DNA of 64,000 bases from a bacterium (GTDB lineage Bacteria; Patescibacteriota; Minisyncoccia; Phycocordibacterales; JBBTRF01), in contig JBAXTI010000002.1 in the NCBI GenBank assembly GCA_037130265.1, positions 26,870 through 90,869 of the forward strand. Direction: 5' to 3'. Both the position numbers and the translations under genes were made by a program. Below the pieces are notes generated by a model. The model did not search any database. It saw only the letters and a list, made by a program, of their open reading frames with translations, and had not been told where the DNA came from. How positions within the stretch are numbered: position 1 is the first letter of the stretch; each line of letters opens with the position of its first letter. Shown one piece after another: positions 62,701-64,000 of the stretch.

Positions 62701-63774
62701 ATGACCATGAAAAAAACACGAGTAGCGATTAATGGTTTCGGGCGAATCGGACGAGCTTTTTTGAAGGTTGCACGCGAGCGAGCGTTGAGTGGCGAGACGG
62801 GTGCAGATGATCTCGAGGTTGTGGCGATCAATGACCTTGGTGATATCAAGAGTTTTGCATACTTGCTCAAATATGACACTGCGTATGGTCCGAGTGGAAT
62901 CGATGTGAAAGTGAAGGCCGACAATTCCGCACTTATTATAGACGGCAAGGAGGTGGCGTTTGTGAGCGAGAAAGACGCGACAAAATTGCCTTGGATGAAG
63001 CTCGGTGTTGATGTGGTAGTGGAATCGACTGGCCTGTTCACGAGCTACGACAAGGCTCAGGTGCATATCACTGCAGGAGCGAAGCGTGTGGTAATTTCCG
63101 CGCCGGCGAAGGACGAAGCCGGAGTCGCCGGCGCACCTGCTGTGAAGGGCGAAACTGTTTTAATGGCCATGAACGAAGAGATGCTCGCCACTTGCCAGAT
63201 CACTTCAAATGCATCTTGTACTACCAATGCGGGCTCTCCTTTGTTGGCAATCTTGGACGAAGCTTTGGGTGTAGAAAAAGCGTTACTCAACACTGTGCAT
63301 GGTTACACTGCCAGCCAGTCTTTGGTAGATGGACCAAATAAGAAAGATTTCCGTGAGGGTCGTGCAGCTGCTCAAAACATCGTCCCATCTTCGACTGGTG
63401 CGGCAATCGCCGTCACCAAAATCATCACTCATTTGCAAGGGCTTTTTGACGGCGTGTCGATGCGCGTTCCTGTGGTGACTGGCTCTATTGTTGACGTCAC
63501 TTTTATATCGAAGAAAAATACTACCACTGAGGAAGTGAATACCATTTTGAAGAACGCCGCTCGCGCGCCACGCTGGAAGGGTATTTTTACCGTCACCGAG
63601 GAGCCTTTGGTCTCGAGCGATATCATTGGCAATCCGCATGCCTCTATCGCCGACCTCGCCTTCACTCGTGTCGTCGGTGGCAATTTGGTCAAAGTGATGG
63701 CTTGGTACGACAACGAAATGGGGTACACCTACACCCTCGTGGATCATGTGGCGAAGGTGGGGAAGTTGGTCTAA
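62701..63774 (+). CDS. gap: glyceraldehyde-3-phosphate dehydrogenase
   Basis: 'RVAINGFGRIGRAFLK' is the NAD-binding region. 'SNASCTTN' is the catalytic Cys motif. 'WYDNEMGY' is at the C-terminus. TGCTATAAT abuts the ATG at 62701, so the true start may be the next in-frame ATG at 62707 (MKKTRV) as a leaderless transcript. Confidence 0.9.
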   Translation: MTMKKTRVAINGFGRIGRAFLKVARERALSGETGADDLEVVAINDLGDIKSFAYLLKYDTAYGPSGIDVKVKADNSALIIDGKEVAFVSEKDATKLPWMKLGVDVVVESTGLFTSYDKAQVHITAGAKRVVISAPAKDEAGVAGAPAVKGETVLMAMNEEMLATCQITSNASCTTNAGSPLLAILDEALGVEKALLNTVHGYTASQSLVDGPNKKDFREGRAAAQNIVPSSTGAAIAVTKIITHLQGLFDGVSMRVPVVTGSIVDVTFISKKNTTTEEVNTILKNAARAPRWKGIFTVTEEPLVSSDIIGNPHASIADLAFTRVVGGNLVKVMAWYDNEMGYTYTLVDHVAKVGKLV

Positions 63775-63812
63775 TACTGCCCTAATTTTCTTTTTAGCTA
63801 GAACTCATCAAA

Positions 63813-63869
63813 ACTTGAGCATTTCTTAGTCGTTTCTTTAACATTTCTTAGCGATTTCTTGATCGGACG
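63813..63869 (+). promoter_or_regulatory. array of four or five (A/G)TTTCTT(A/T)(G/A) direct repeats at ~11-bp periodicity upstream of the second PemK-like gene
   Basis: ATTTCTTAG (63813), GTTTCTTTA (63824), ATTTCTTAG (63835), ATTTCTTGA (63846) and GTTTCCTAT (63861) are followed by TATAAT at 63875-63880. The motif is the same as upstream of the first paralog. Confidence 0.35.
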
Positions 63870-63886
63870 TTTCCTATAATAGAGGG

Positions 63887-64000
63887 ATGTCTCAAAAAGA
63901 TTTTGATGGGTGGAGCGAAGTTAAAAAACGCACAAATGCTGAGTCGCCACGACTCTACACGGTACGTGAGATTTGGTGGTGCCGACTTGGAGTAAATATT
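63887..64000 (+). CDS. PemK/MazF-like toxin paralog, 3' end lies outside the window
   Basis: The translation 'MSQKDFDGWSEVKKRTNAESPRLYTVREIWWCRLGVNI' parallels 'KDFDRWNIVKKELNHAQFSTPFNVREVWWASLGVNV' of the 31107-31505 gene, including the unusual N-terminal extension. Confidence 0.5.
   Translation, partial: MSQKDFDGWSEVKKRTNAESPRLYTVREIWWCRLGVNI

Overview
The window reads as chromosomal DNA from a small-genome, monoderm-like uncultivated bacterium. A CPR/Patescibacteria origin is plausible, but this is an inference. It rests on the giant Gly/Thr/Ser-rich surface ORF, the LamG-type lectin proteins with the 'GL(V/I)GYWSFDGAD' signature, compact housekeeping operons and the presence of murB. The window falls into three blocks.

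(i) 1-24.5 kb is a large glycan biosynthesis, export and ligation locus. It contains two AsnB-type amidotransferases, several GT2/GT4/GT11 glycosyltransferases, and a tandemly duplicated GT9-like module. It also holds a PfkB sugar kinase, an MDR dehydrogenase, a ThDP-dependent E1 alpha/beta pair and an EEP-family gene, all within a higher-GC sub-block. The locus is completed by a Wzm/Wzt ABC exporter, a GT2-GtrA plus GT-C (PMT/ArnT-like) pair, a SAM methyltransferase and a Wzy_C/O-antigen-ligase-family protein with C-terminal TPRs.

(ii) 24.7-39.5 kb is housekeeping: murB, secA, a PLD/cardiolipin-synthase-like gene, eno, an MFS transporter, gpmI, an AI-2E transporter, a MYG1-like hydrolase, obg and gatB. 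An orphan MazF/PemK-like gene sits among them.

(iii) 39.5-62.7 kb is a co-directional cell-surface locus. It comprises a small anchored protein, two paralogous WxL-like secreted proteins flanking a DUF916-like membrane-anchored protein, and a membrane-anchored FN3-like protein. These are followed by a 4810-aa repeat-rich giant protein carrying two tandem peptidase-S74-like intramolecular chaperone segments and a DUF5011-like Ig domain, then two paralogous secreted triple-LamG proteins. gap (GAPDH) follows, and a second PemK-like paralog runs off the 3' edge.

No rRNA, tRNA, CRISPR array or recognisable transposase/integrase was found. All homology calls are from motif-level reading of the translations; no searches were run.
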